Assembly: GCF_004010195.1 (NCBI RefSeq)
Contig: NC_057728.1
Coordinates: 48,606,652 to 48,670,651, forward strand
Source: Chiloscyllium plagiosum
Taxonomy: Eukaryota
Direction: 5' to 3'
Length of the DNA stretch: 64,000 bases
Shown here: positions 53,030 to 64,000 of the stretch, piece by piece
Layout of the letters: every line of letters starts with the position of its first letter
How positions within the stretch are numbered: position 1 is the first letter of the stretch
The notes under the pieces: model-generated
Seen by the model: only the letters and a program-made list of their open reading frames with translations
Told to the model about the DNA's origin: nothing
Databases searched by the model: none
Made by a program: the position numbers and the translations under genes

Positions 53030-53664
53030 GGGTGACACGGTAACTCAGTGGTTAGCACTGCTGCCTCATATCATCAGGGACCCAGGTTTGATTCCAGCAT
53101 CGGGCAACTGTCTGTGTAGAGTTTGCACATTCTCCCAGTGTGTGTGGGTTTCCTCCGGGTGCTCCAGTTTCCTCGTAGATTAGATTACTTACAGTGTGGA
53201 ATCAGGCCCTTCGGCCCAACAAGTCCATACTGACCCGCCGAAGCGCAGCCCACCCATACCCCTACATTTACCCCTTCACCTAACACTACAGGCAATTTAG
53301 CATGGCCAATTCACCTGACCTGTACATCTTTGGACTGTGGGAGGAAACTGGAGCACCCGGAGGAAACCCACGCAGACACGGGGAGAATGTGCAAACTCTA
53401 CACAGTCAGTCGCCTGAGGCGGGAATTGAACCCGGGTCTCTGGCACTGAGAGGTAGCAGTGCTAACCACCGTGCCACCATGCTGCAAAGATTTGCAGGCT
53501 AGGTGAATTGGCCATGCTAAATTGCCCATAGTGCTTAGGGATGTGTAGGTTAGGTGCGTTAGTCAGGGGAAATGTAGGGGAATGGGTCTGGGTGGAAAAT
53601 TCTTCAGAGGGTCGGTGTGCACTTGTTGGGCCAAATGACCTGTTTCCACACTCTTGGGATTCTA
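53030..53664. mobile_element. HE1 SINE (+) with a full HE1 SINE (-, 53176-53484) nested inside
   Basis: Outer head 53030-53175; outer copy resumes at 53485. Confidence 0.9.
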
Positions 53665-53889
53665 TCACTGGCCAGAAATAAGATTTTATGTGCGGCAATT
53701 CTTAAGTTTGCTTACACAGGCTTAGAAAACCACAAGTATACTGCCAGTACTGGGTCTCCTCATTGAAATGAGGATAGCTTTCTGAGCATGCTTACCTGGG
53801 CAGTTTTTTTTTATATTTAGATAACTTTAATGTATTAACTTAAAAAAAAGACAATGCACAAGCCTTAGGAAGTGGCAAGACAAAGCAGT

Positions 53890-54960
53890 TGCTGGTTGGA
53901 CCACTGGGATCCAAAGAATTTGGCAAACAGGATACAGAATTGTGAGATAGAAAGCAGAGGGTGATGGTTGAGGGATGTTTTTGTAACTGGAGTCTGGGTC
54001 TAGTGGAGTTCCTCAGGGATTAGTGTTGGCATATATAAACAATTTAAACTTGAATGCAGGAGAGTTGATCAACATGAAGTAGAATGATAGGAAATTTGGT
54101 GCAATGGTAAGTAGTGAGGAGGATAGCCTTAAACCAAATTACAGGAGGATATATACTGGCTGGTCATGTAGGCTGATCAGTGGCAAACAGAATTCAATCC
54201 AGATACATGTGAGATGATGCATTTGGGCAGGACAAACAAGGCAAAGGAATACATGAAAAAAGCATCAGAGAGACCTTGGTGTGCAGATCCACTGGACTCT
54301 TAACATAGCAGGATAGGTGGATAAGGTGGTCAAGACAGCAAATGGGATATTTGCCTTTATTAGCAAAATTGTAGAATTTAACAGCAAAGAGATGATGCTG
54401 TAACTGTATAAAATGTTGGTTAGGCCATAACTTGAATAATGTGTACCGTTCTGGAATCCACATTATAAGAAAGATGTGATTATGTTGGAGAGGGTATCGA
54501 GGAGATTTACCAGGATGTTGCCTGGGCTGGAGAGTATTAGTTATTTAGAGAGATTGGATAAGTTGGAGTTGTTTTCCTTGGAGCTGAAATTGACTGAATG
54601 GAGACATGACTGAGTTTATAAAATTATGAGGGGCACAGAAGGAAGAAACATTTCCCCTTGGTGGAGGGATCAATGACTGGGGGGAATAGTTTCAAGGGAA
54701 GGGGTGGGGGTTGAGGGCAGGATGTAAGGAAAACAATTTCACCCAGAAGGTGGTGGGAATCTGGAACTCACTGTTTTGTAAGGATGGTGGAGACAAAAAC
54801 CCTCAATGCCCAAGTTATATTTAGATGTACACTTGCGATGTCAAGGCATACAAGGCTATAGGCCAAATGCTGGAAAATGGGATTAGAATATGTAGGTCAT
54901 TGTTTTGATCAGCACAGACAGGCTGTATGGCCTTTTCTATGCTGTAAACCTCTGTGACTC
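53890..54960 (+). mobile_element. Old CR1 RT-3' fragment
   Basis: SGVPQGLVL and LYKMLVRP.LE..V.FW.P remnants. Confidence 0.8.
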
Positions 54961-55337
54961 CAGGCCCTCGACTTGCATCACATCAGATAGCAACGCCACT
55001 GAAAAAAAATAACTTCTTCAGGATATTAAGTTTCCAGTCTAACTTTTGAGTTATTTTGCTACCCAAGTTTGGACATGTTTTTTGTTAATCTGAAACAAAT
55101 AATTAGCACAAAACAGCGGTTTCTAAATAAATACCTCTGTGGGGAATCTTGGTCAAAATTGGTATGAGGTACGAAGATGCCTCAGGAAGGAAGCAACTCT
55201 GACTGCTCTCATGTATATACAAGAGAGAATGATATGAAAAATGGCAAATCTATAAAATTGAAACTCGGTCAATGCTGTAGGCATCAGTTTCTCAGCTTAC
55301 ATTGTTTATTGAAGTTGTACTGTATTATCAAATTTAA

Positions 55338-55467
55338 AAGTAAAATATCACACATCAGGTTATAGTCCAACAGGTTTATTTGGAAGCACTAGCTTTCGGA
55401 ATGCTGTGGCATTGTGTGATTTTTAACTTTGCCCACCTCAGTCCAACACCTGCTCCTCCACATCATC
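55338..55467. mobile_element. Family-2 pLTR mini-insertion with inversion, 14-bp TSD
   Basis: ATTATCAAATTTAA at 55324-55337 and 55468-55481. Confidence 0.85.
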
Positions 55468-57118
55468 ATTATCAAATTTAAGCCTGCCAGGTTTGGGTTC
55501 TTCCCATGTTACATTCACAGTCAGAACCATAAGACCAAAAAACGTTTAACCGGCTGTACAGGCCCTCAAGCCCATTCCGCCATTCAGTAAAATGATGACT
55601 AATCTTATCTTGTTCTAACCTCCACCTTACTGCTTGTTCACCAAAACCTGAGTGCTCTGCTTCAAAAATCTGCTCTCCCCTTCAAGTTTTCTGGGGTAGA
55701 GACTGCCAAAGATCCATGACTTTCAAAACAAAAATGCTACCAAGTAGTCCTTTGCTCCATTAATCTGGACTCCTTTGTGAGAAGGCACATCCTCTGAACA
55801 TCCATGCTTGCCATGAACCCTCAGAATCTTGTCAGTTTCAATAAGGTTACATGTCATTCACCCCAACTCCATGGAGTGTAGGCCAAGTCTGCTCAACCAA
55901 CCATTCTTCATAAGACAAACCCTGCACCTCAGGAATCAACTTAGTCAATATTCTTTGTGTGATGTGCAATGGAAATATATCACCTCTCCCTAAACAATGA
56001 AACCAACTGAATATAGTGTTCAAGGTACTGCACTTACGCCCTGCACAATTATAGCAAAACTTCATTAACTTCATTTTTCTTTTATTCATACACAAGATGG
56101 CAGAATCACTGACCAGATCAGTATTTATTGCCCATTCCTAGAGGGAGTTAAAAGCCAACCACATTGCTATAGGTCTGGAGTCACATGTAGTCGAGACCAG
56201 GTAAGGATGACAGTTTCATTCCCTAAAAGACATTAGTGAACCAGATGGGTTTTTCCAACAATCGACAATGGATTTCTGGTCATCATTAGACTCTTAATTC
56301 CAGATTCTTATTGAATTCAAATTCCACCATCTGCTGTTGTGGCATTCAAACCCAGGAACCTGGGTCTCTGGTTTAACAGTCCAGCGATAATACCATAGGC
56401 TAACAACGCCACATTATTCTCTAAATTCCTCTAAATAAAGGCCAACATTCTATTTGTCTTCGTAATGGATTTCTCCTCCATTTGCTTCATGATCATCTTG
56501 AGTTAAGGATATCCTTGGTCTACTCTTCCCCATTATCTCTAAGCTTAAAGCATCTGAGTCATTTTCCATTATGTGTTAGTGAAACTAAGTTCTACCCTAT
56601 GACCACATGTCTGATGTAAAGGGGGTAGAAATTACACTGTATCAAAATCCAGGTAAGATTTCAGTGCTACATACATCTAATGGGATCAGTGGCAGGACTG
56701 CGGGACATTGTTCTGCCAGCCTTTTATTGTATTATTATTGATGAGCTGCAGCCAGTTCTGGCCTCAGAAGTTGGCTGGTCCCAAGACAGACTGATATACA
56801 TGGTTGCTGAGGTCATAAGGAGAGTCCTGGAACATGCAGGCAATTGGAAGACAGGGGAAGCAATGGCTTACAAACTTGGTCTGGAGGAAGTTGGAAAAAC
56901 CCTCTGTGAATCTCTAAGATACATATTTCAATTAACGGACTGTACAAATGCAATTTGTTTTCAGTTATGTTGCAATAAATTTCAGTGTTAAGCGCAGGTC
57001 AGCATCTGTAGGCATCAATTGTTGAAAAGCCCAGTCAAACGTTTCCTCAGTGCAGATAATTTCTAAAATCAAACATATATTTCACAATATTGTTGTAATG
57101 TCCAGCATAGCAAGTTAC

Positions 57119-57227
57119 CTGAGACATTTCCTGTGATGCATCCCTTTTCATTATTTTGTGTGCAGGTGTTACACATGTCTCACCAAGGTTCACTTTACAT
57201 TTATAAACAATCACGGGTGCTGTTGTG
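57119..57227 (-). CDS. Putative penultimate 109-nt coding exon (xTTAPVIVYKCKVNLGETCVTPAHKIMKRDASQEMSQ)
   Basis: tttatatgttgcag| acceptor, CAG|gtaact donor, open frame ending in phase 0. Confidence 0.55.
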
Positions 57228-57247
57228 CTGCAACATATAAATAATAT

Positions 57248-57928
57248 TGTTATAACATGGGGTAAACCCTCCTGCTTAATTTAAACCAGCAACACCGAAC
57301 AGATTTATCCCATAATCTGTGAAAATTTGAGAGGCCAAGAACTATTTAAAGTAAAAATTAACAACTTTATTTCTTAAAGAATAACAGAGAATAGGTAACT
57401 AACAACTATTTACAACTCCTTCCTCTAACCTATCTTTTACCTTCCCTTCTATAATACTAGGCCGATAAAACTCCCCGATTAAATTTTACCAAAAATTCAT
57501 GTTTTCAAAACCAGCCAGACATTAAATCTTCTCTTCCTCGGTTTTCTTTTCTTTTTCTTAGGGATTTCTGTTTTGCAGGTCACTGATCAATCAAGGTACC
57601 TTTAAGAGAGCTATTTTTCAGGCAGTCTCTACATGCTGGTTGTGTGGCAGTTCTCCTCTCAACTGTTCAATTTTCCCCAGTATTATACTCTGAAACCCTC
57701 AAATTGTGCCATCGGCTATTAAAATTGTCAATATACTAAATTCAAACTTGATTGGAGTTTGGTACTTTTCAGGGTGTAATTTAAACTGATTGGCCTAATG
57801 GAATCTGTTTTGTCTCCAGGCAACCAGCTACACTAACTGCTGGAACACATGCTACATTGCATCTTATTGAGAATACTTAGTGCTGTCAGGTAGGTCTGCA
57901 GGTACAGTACACCCACCTCTTCATACCA
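57248..57928 (-). repeat. 3' LTR (681 bp), preceded by PPT AAGAGGGGGAGG (57929-57940)
   Basis: TG...TAACA termini; its first part matches 63101-63223. Confidence 0.85.
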
Positions 57929-58114
57929 CCTCCCCCTCTTAAGAAACAATGAACCATCATAATGAAAATATGGCTTTCTTTTCCTATTCTTTAAACACAT
58001 TACCCTAACATATATTAACTTTAATCTAAGTTCACCTTAACTTCTTCCCATATTATTTATATATATATATATATATACACACACACATTATATATATAAA
58101 ACATTAAATAAATC

Positions 58115-58433
58115 CAAGTAGATGATCCTTTATCAGAAGTTCCAAAATCCAAAAACTGAAGTTTTTTTATGACTTTTTATTCTCATTAACAAGGTTATTT
58201 GGCGTGCAAACAATTAACCCAAGTCGACACCCACTCAATGTGTGTCACTCAGATGCGACGTGGGAAGACATGGCCCAGCACCAGCAGGCCTGGATTCTTA
58301 CCCAAGGCCTGTTTTAGTTAGAAAGTCTGCTCCTCTGGTGGGATTTTTAAAATTTCACCATCAAACTATCACTTATTCTGAAATTCGAAAAACAGCTAGT
58401 CCTGACAATTTTGGATAAAGAATCTTCTACGTG
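58115..58433. mobile_element. Tc1/pogo-like MITE inserted in the Gypsy 3' region
   Basis: Imperfect TIRs CAAGTAGATGATCCTTTATC and GATAAAGAATCTTCTACGTG; TA on the right flank. Confidence 0.6.
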
Positions 58434-61400
58434 TACAAATCTCATCTAAACTTTATCAGTTAAATTTACGATAACTCATCTGCAATTACATTCTTACAAC
58501 CTGCAACATGTATGATTTTAAATTAAAAATCTGTAACATAATACTCCAAAGAAATTGCCTCATTCTTGTCTTTAAAGCATTCTAAGAATGTAAGGGGATT
58601 GTGATCCGTGTACACAACCATCTCTGACAATTGCTCGTGACATACACATTAAAATGCTGTAAGGCCAATACCAAACTCAATAGTTCTTTTTCCTTTGGTG
58701 GATGTTGATCATCTTTGAAAAGTAACCAACTGGCAGTTTAATCCCATCCTCATCTTTCTGTAGGGGTACAGCTCCAACTCCAATGTCATTAGCATCGATG
58801 ATGACCTTAAAAGGTTTTGAAAAGTTTGGTGTGGCTAAAACTGGTTTGATGGTTAATATGGCTTTCAAATGGTCGAATGCCTCCTGGCATTGTTCTGTCC
58901 ACCAAAACTTTGTGTTCTTCTTCAGCAAATCGGTTAACGGTGCCACTATACTGCTGAAGTTTGGAACAAACTTCCAATAGAATCTGCTGAGTCCTAAGAA
59001 TCGAAGCGCCTCTTCAAGATTGGTCGTGGAAATTCCTCGATGGCCTTCATCTTTGCGTTCTGTGGGGTCAACCTTCCATGACCGATGTTATGTACCAAGA
59101 CGTCGCCTCTGCTTTCGCGAATTCAGTTTTATTTAAGCTTATCAACAGTTCTGTTTCTCGTAGTCATTCAAAGAGCTCTGTCAACTGTACCATGTGATCT
59201 TGTCAGGACTTACTAAAGATCACTACATCATCCAAATAGACTGCACAGTTTGTTAACCCAGACACAACTCTGTACATGGGTCTTTGGAATGTGGCGGGTA
59301 CATTCTTCATTCCAAAGGGCATCACTTTAAACTGATATAGCCCATTTGTGGTTACAAACACAGGAATTTCTTTCACTGTCTCTAATAAAGATACCTGCCA
59401 GTAACCATGCATTAAGTCCAACTTGCTGATGTAACTGGCTTGTCTGACTTTCTCGATACAATCTTCCAATCTAGGAATTGAACATGAGTCTGATTTTGTA
59501 ATGGAGTTGACCTTCCAATAACCCACACAGAATCATTGAGTCCCGTCTGGTTTAGGAACTAAGATGATCGGCGAACTCCACTCACTCTGACTTGGTTCGA
59601 TGATGTCCTTGTCCATCTGGACCTGTCTAGATTTGAAAGGATTAAGCCAATAGGGGTGTTGTTTTATTGGAGCAGTATTCCCTACGTCTACTTCTTGTAG
59701 AATAGCATCTGATTCTTACATATGTCCTTGTACTGCAGTAACAAATCTCTCAACTGCGTTCTATGCTCCTGAGACAGATAATTTACTAACCTATCACTCT
59801 CCTCAAGGACTTCTTCATTTTTAAATCTATTTGGACGCACCTCAAAATCCACATCATCTGGATTTGATTCTTCACTTTGCAGGGCAGTAACTAACACCTG
59901 TTTCTCCAGTTCTTTCTCTCTAGTATAATACAGTTTCAACATGTTCACATGACATACCTAATACCTTTTTTTCCTATCTGGCATATTTACTAGATAATTC
60001 ACCTGATTCAACTTTTTCTCAATTTGATAGGGACCACTAGACCTGGCTTTGAAAGGATCTTCTATCACTGGTAACAGTACTAACACATCACCCCTCGGGA
60101 AAACGTCCGAGTGTCAGAGATTTTATCTGCCACCTGCTTCGTTCTATGCTGTGTCCTCTTTAGGTGCTGTTTAGTTAACTTACCTACTTGATTTAATCTC
60201 TCCCTCACCTCCGATAATCTAAGTGTGAGATCTCCGTCATTGGTCCTGTCAATTTTTCTTTAATTAATTTCAAAGGGCATCTCACTTCATGCTCAAATAT
60301 TAACTCAAAGTATGTGAACTGAGTAGATTCATTTGGGGCATCTCTAATGGCAAACAAAACAAATGGGATACCTTTATCCCAATCAATCATTCAGGTAATC
60401 CTGACAGTACGTTCTCAACATGATCTTCAAGGGCTGATGCCACCTTTCTAAAGCTCCCTGGGATTCACGGTGATAAGCATTGAATTTAAAGTGCTATACA
60501 CCTAAGCTATCCATAAACTTCTAAAACAGCCTAGCAGTAAAATTTGACCCTTGGTCCGACTGAATCTCTCTGGGTAGCCCGTACTAACTCCTCTACCACC
60601 TTTCTTACCTTGAGACTGTGTAATGGAATTGCCTCTGGAAATCCGATAGACACATCCATTATGGTTAACAAGTGCTGGTTCCCACTTTTAGTTCTTGGGA
60701 GGGGACTGACACAATCAATTATAACTCACGTGAAAGGTTCTTCAAATGCGGGAATTGGCAACAAAGGTGCAGGTTTTATTACCGCCCGTGGCTTACCTAC
60801 CATTTGGCATGTATGACACATTCGGCAAAAGTTAACCATATCCTTGTGCATTCCAGGCCAATAAAAGTGTTTTTGTACCTTAGCCTGAGTTTTTTGTATC
60901 CCAAGGTGACCTCCTACAGGTAGTTCATGTGCTACCCCCAACACCACTTGTCTGTATACTACTGGCAACACAATCTGGTGCACTTCAGTCCATTTCTCCT
61001 CTGCACTAACCTGCCGTAGTCTCCATTTCCATCTTAGGATTCTATCTTTAAGATAATAACCCTCCGGAATATTCTCAGCCTTCTTTTCAGAGTACACATC
61101 CACAGGTCTTGTCTTGCTGTTGCAAGTTTCTTAGCCTATCAGGACTAAACACTTCTGTCTGACTCTCAGCCTGTTCAGGTTTTTCCAACACATTATGTCA
61201 AACAGGGTATCTGCTGACTGAACTTCAACACTTTCATCTTTGTCTTAACCTTTCACTTCATGATGTGACTTATGATAGTGGGATCTGGTTACCATAACAG
61301 GCTCGGAAAATACCAGGATATTTCTGTTTTAACTCCTCAGTTTCCTGGTCTTCTCCACAACAGGGGGTGCCACTTCTACCTTGGCTTCTGCCAAATCATC

Positions 61401-63067
61401 CCCAAGAACAAACTGAATTCCTGGAACTGACATTCTGTCAATCACTCCCACTGTAACTTCCCCAGTCTTGAGTCGGCACTCCAACCTGATCTTACATAGG
61501 GGAACACTAAATCTCTGTCTATCTATCCCACAAATTACCATACTCTCGGGTAACAGGTCAGAAAGGGTGCATATTTGCTCATCCCTTACTATCAGTGACT
61601 GGTTAGATCCTGTATCTCTCAAAATTGTAATTTATTGTCCCCTTGTTCTTTCCGAGTAAACTTTACCCACAGAGGCAAATTCTTTGTAGAGATCATGTAC
61701 TAATTCCATACCCAGCCCCTGCCCAGGCTGTGCACTCTCCTGCAGCTCCTCGGCTCTTCTTGGGGTCTCCTTTACTACCTTCACTAATGCCACTGGCTTA
61801 GCTTCTTTTACCTCATCTTTTCCCACAGCCCCTTCTTTAACGATCAGCACTGTGGCTTTACTTGTCCCACTTCATCAGTGGAAACACCTGAGGCCTTTCT
61901 ATCCTCTTGGGCTTCTTTTTTATCCAGTGCTCTCTACTCTTGGTTTCGTTGTGTAGGATCTCCCCTTCTCCCAATTTCTATCCCTCACAAGATGAAATTC
62001 TGGCCAGAAGCTTGTCTTATGCGCTAATTCTGCTGCCCTTCTCACTTCCTGAACTTTCTGTTCCTCCATGTGAATCCTTACCATCTCTGTAAGTGAGTTT
62101 TTAAACTCCTCCAGCAGAATAATCTCTCTTAAAGCCTCAAAGGTCCTATCTATTTTCAAAGCACACACCCATTGATCAAAATTATTATGTTTAATTCTTT
62201 TAAACTCAACATAAATCTGACCTGGTTCCTTCTTTGTGTTTCTGGTACCAATTCATAAGCACTTAAAATAGCCTGTTTAACCTCTTCATAATCTATTGAC
62301 CCGTTATCTCATTAGCTCTGCCTACCACTTTAGTCTGAACTAGCATTATCCATAAATCCTCGACTACTTCATCTGTCTAGTCAATTTTTCAAATGAAATA
62401 AAGGTTTCAACATCTTTCTCATCAAAATGTGGCAAAGTTTTGACATATTTATATATATTTCTACCTTCTCTTTTAAGCTCCATCCTGTTAACTTGACTTT
62501 GCTGACTAAGCCGCAACTGCACAAGTTCAAATTCTCTCTCTTTCGTTTTGCTTAGCTAAGAACCTTTTCTCTCTTTCTCTCTCCCTTTGCTCAGCCAAGA
62601 ACCTTCTCTCTCTCGCTTTTTCCTCTCTCTCCTCTCTCTCCTCTCTTTATCTTCTAACTCCAATTTCCTCAATTGTAATTTAAGTTTTTTCTTACCTCTA
62701 CCTTATTTGTCTGTTTCTCTGACATATCTAAGTGTTTGAGTAATTTCATTACAATTTCAGCTTTACTTTTGTCCTTGGTAAAACCCAAATCTAACTTATT
62801 TGCTCATTCTGAAAGTATGGCATTTTTCTTCCCTTCTAAACTTTCTTGGCAAATTTGAGAATCATCTTCAAATCCCAGAACCTCCTTTAGCAATTTTAAG
62901 AGCCATTTCTCTTACTTTTAATTCAATCAACCACAAATCACCGAAATTAAACAAATTGTCTCACCTACGTTTTATTTAAAGATCTGGGACACTAACCTGC
63001 AAGTGTTTAAATCAGCTGGGATTTTCCATACCTCCAAAACTATTCAAATCTGTCTGCACCAGTTCAA

Positions 63068-63087
63068 ATCCCGAACAGGAGCCCCCA
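63068..63087 (-). other. Primer-binding site, tRNA-Pro type
   Basis: TGGGGGCTCCTGTTCGGGAT versus canonical TGGGGGCTCGTCCGGGAT, 3 nt from the LTR end. Confidence 0.8.
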
Positions 63088-63090
63088 AAC

Positions 63091-63223
63091 TGTTAGGACA
63101 CAGCTACACTAACTGCTGCACCACATGCTACATTGTATCTTGTTGAGAACACTTAGTGCTGTCAGGTAGTTCTGTTAGCTTTTAACTTTCTTAAAGGTAC
63201 AGTATACCCACATTTTCATAACA
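63091..63223 (-). repeat. 5' LTR, internally deleted (133 bp)
   Basis: TGTTATG...TAACA; aligns with the start of the 3' LTR. Confidence 0.8.
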
Positions 63224-63257
63224 ATCTTAATGCTGAGTAACTCTTCATGGCATAAAG

Positions 63258-63389
63258 GTTCCTGATGAAGGGCTTATGCCCAAAACATCGATTCTCCTGC
63301 TCCTTGGATGCTGCCTGACCTGCTGTGTTTTTCCAGCACCACACTCCCAACTCTGATCTCCAGCATATGAAGTCCTCTATTTCTCCTGA
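63258..63389 (+). mobile_element. Short hammerhead-headed pLTR insertion
   Basis: TTCCTGATGAAGGGCTTATGCCCAAAACATC start; CATAAAG at 63251-63257 and 63390-63396. Confidence 0.8.
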
Positions 63390-64000
63390 CATAAAGTTTA
63401 TATAATACAGGTGACCAAAATAATGGACATTTTTCTTTAATGAAGGATAGGCAAGGGCCACAAAGCTGTGGTAAAACAGAAGGCATATTGTTTTGGGAAT
63501 GGCTATTCCCTTTTCCTATTAATTAAATAATGCACAAGAAGATTTCACAAAGAGATCCATCCTAACATTGATCAGCCCAGCATATTTGCTTGCAGCTTTT
63601 TCTAAGTTGCAATTCTCTAACCTATACATGCACAGAACACTGCAGTTTTGACGTGCAAATATTTGATCATGCAAAAATGCAGTTAAAATTACAGCAAATC
63701 CTTTTAACTGAAAAATTGCCTTCCAACACGAACCTGTACTGCGTTATTAATAATGTTGCCATGGCTAATATTTCAAATTATTAATTAATTGTAGCATTAT
63801 CAAATGTACAAAATAAAAATTCATGTGTCACCTTGCAACAATGTCACATAGTATTCCAAAACAGAAAAATCACATCAGCATGCTTAAAAAACTTTTAAAT
63901 ATTCTTAAACAAAATCCATTAGAAAATATAAGAAACTTCATTAAATAATTCATTTCAAACAACAGGCTTGAATTAAGTTTAATCCATGGGAAACAATAGA

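Larger units (their letters stand above)
57248..63223 (-). mobile_element. Gmr1-type Ty3/Gypsy LTR retrotransposon, full span but degenerate
   Basis: gag from about 62906; PR LRDTGS about 61620; IN HHCC 60726-61103 with core and GPY to about 59930; RT YLDD about 59230; RH IDAND/TDH/ADELS to about 58465; flanks ATAT and ATCT. Confidence 0.95.

Noticed and set aside
63633..63744. Phase-compatible upstream exon candidate for the minus-strand gene
   Set aside because: Weak polypyrimidine tract and weak donor (gttaga).

Overview
Eukaryotic, repeat-dominated intronic/intergenic DNA, almost certainly from a shark or other elasmobranch (HE1-type tRNA-derived SINEs, HER1/CR1 LINEs). It has two assembly gaps (18117-18201, 33528-33959). 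Most listed ORFs are decayed transposon fragments or noise. Main content: many CR1 LINE fragments; several Penelope-like elements (PLEs; RT plus GIY-YIG) and short PLE-derived insertions that carry minimal hammerhead-ribozyme motifs and 7-16 bp target-site duplications (TSDs); a decayed full-length Gmr1-type Gypsy LTR element (PR-IN-RT-RH order, SCAN-like capsid, tRNA-Pro PBS) at 57248-63223; an older Gypsy gag relic; and a tRNA-Asp pseudogene. There is also a 232-bp locally templated inverted insertion inside a SINE. Two phase-compatible minus-strand exons plus a polyA signal probably form the 3' end of an unidentified host gene, and the Gmr1 element sits 20 nt upstream of the penultimate exon. 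Boundaries of old repeats are approximate; all alignments were done by eye.
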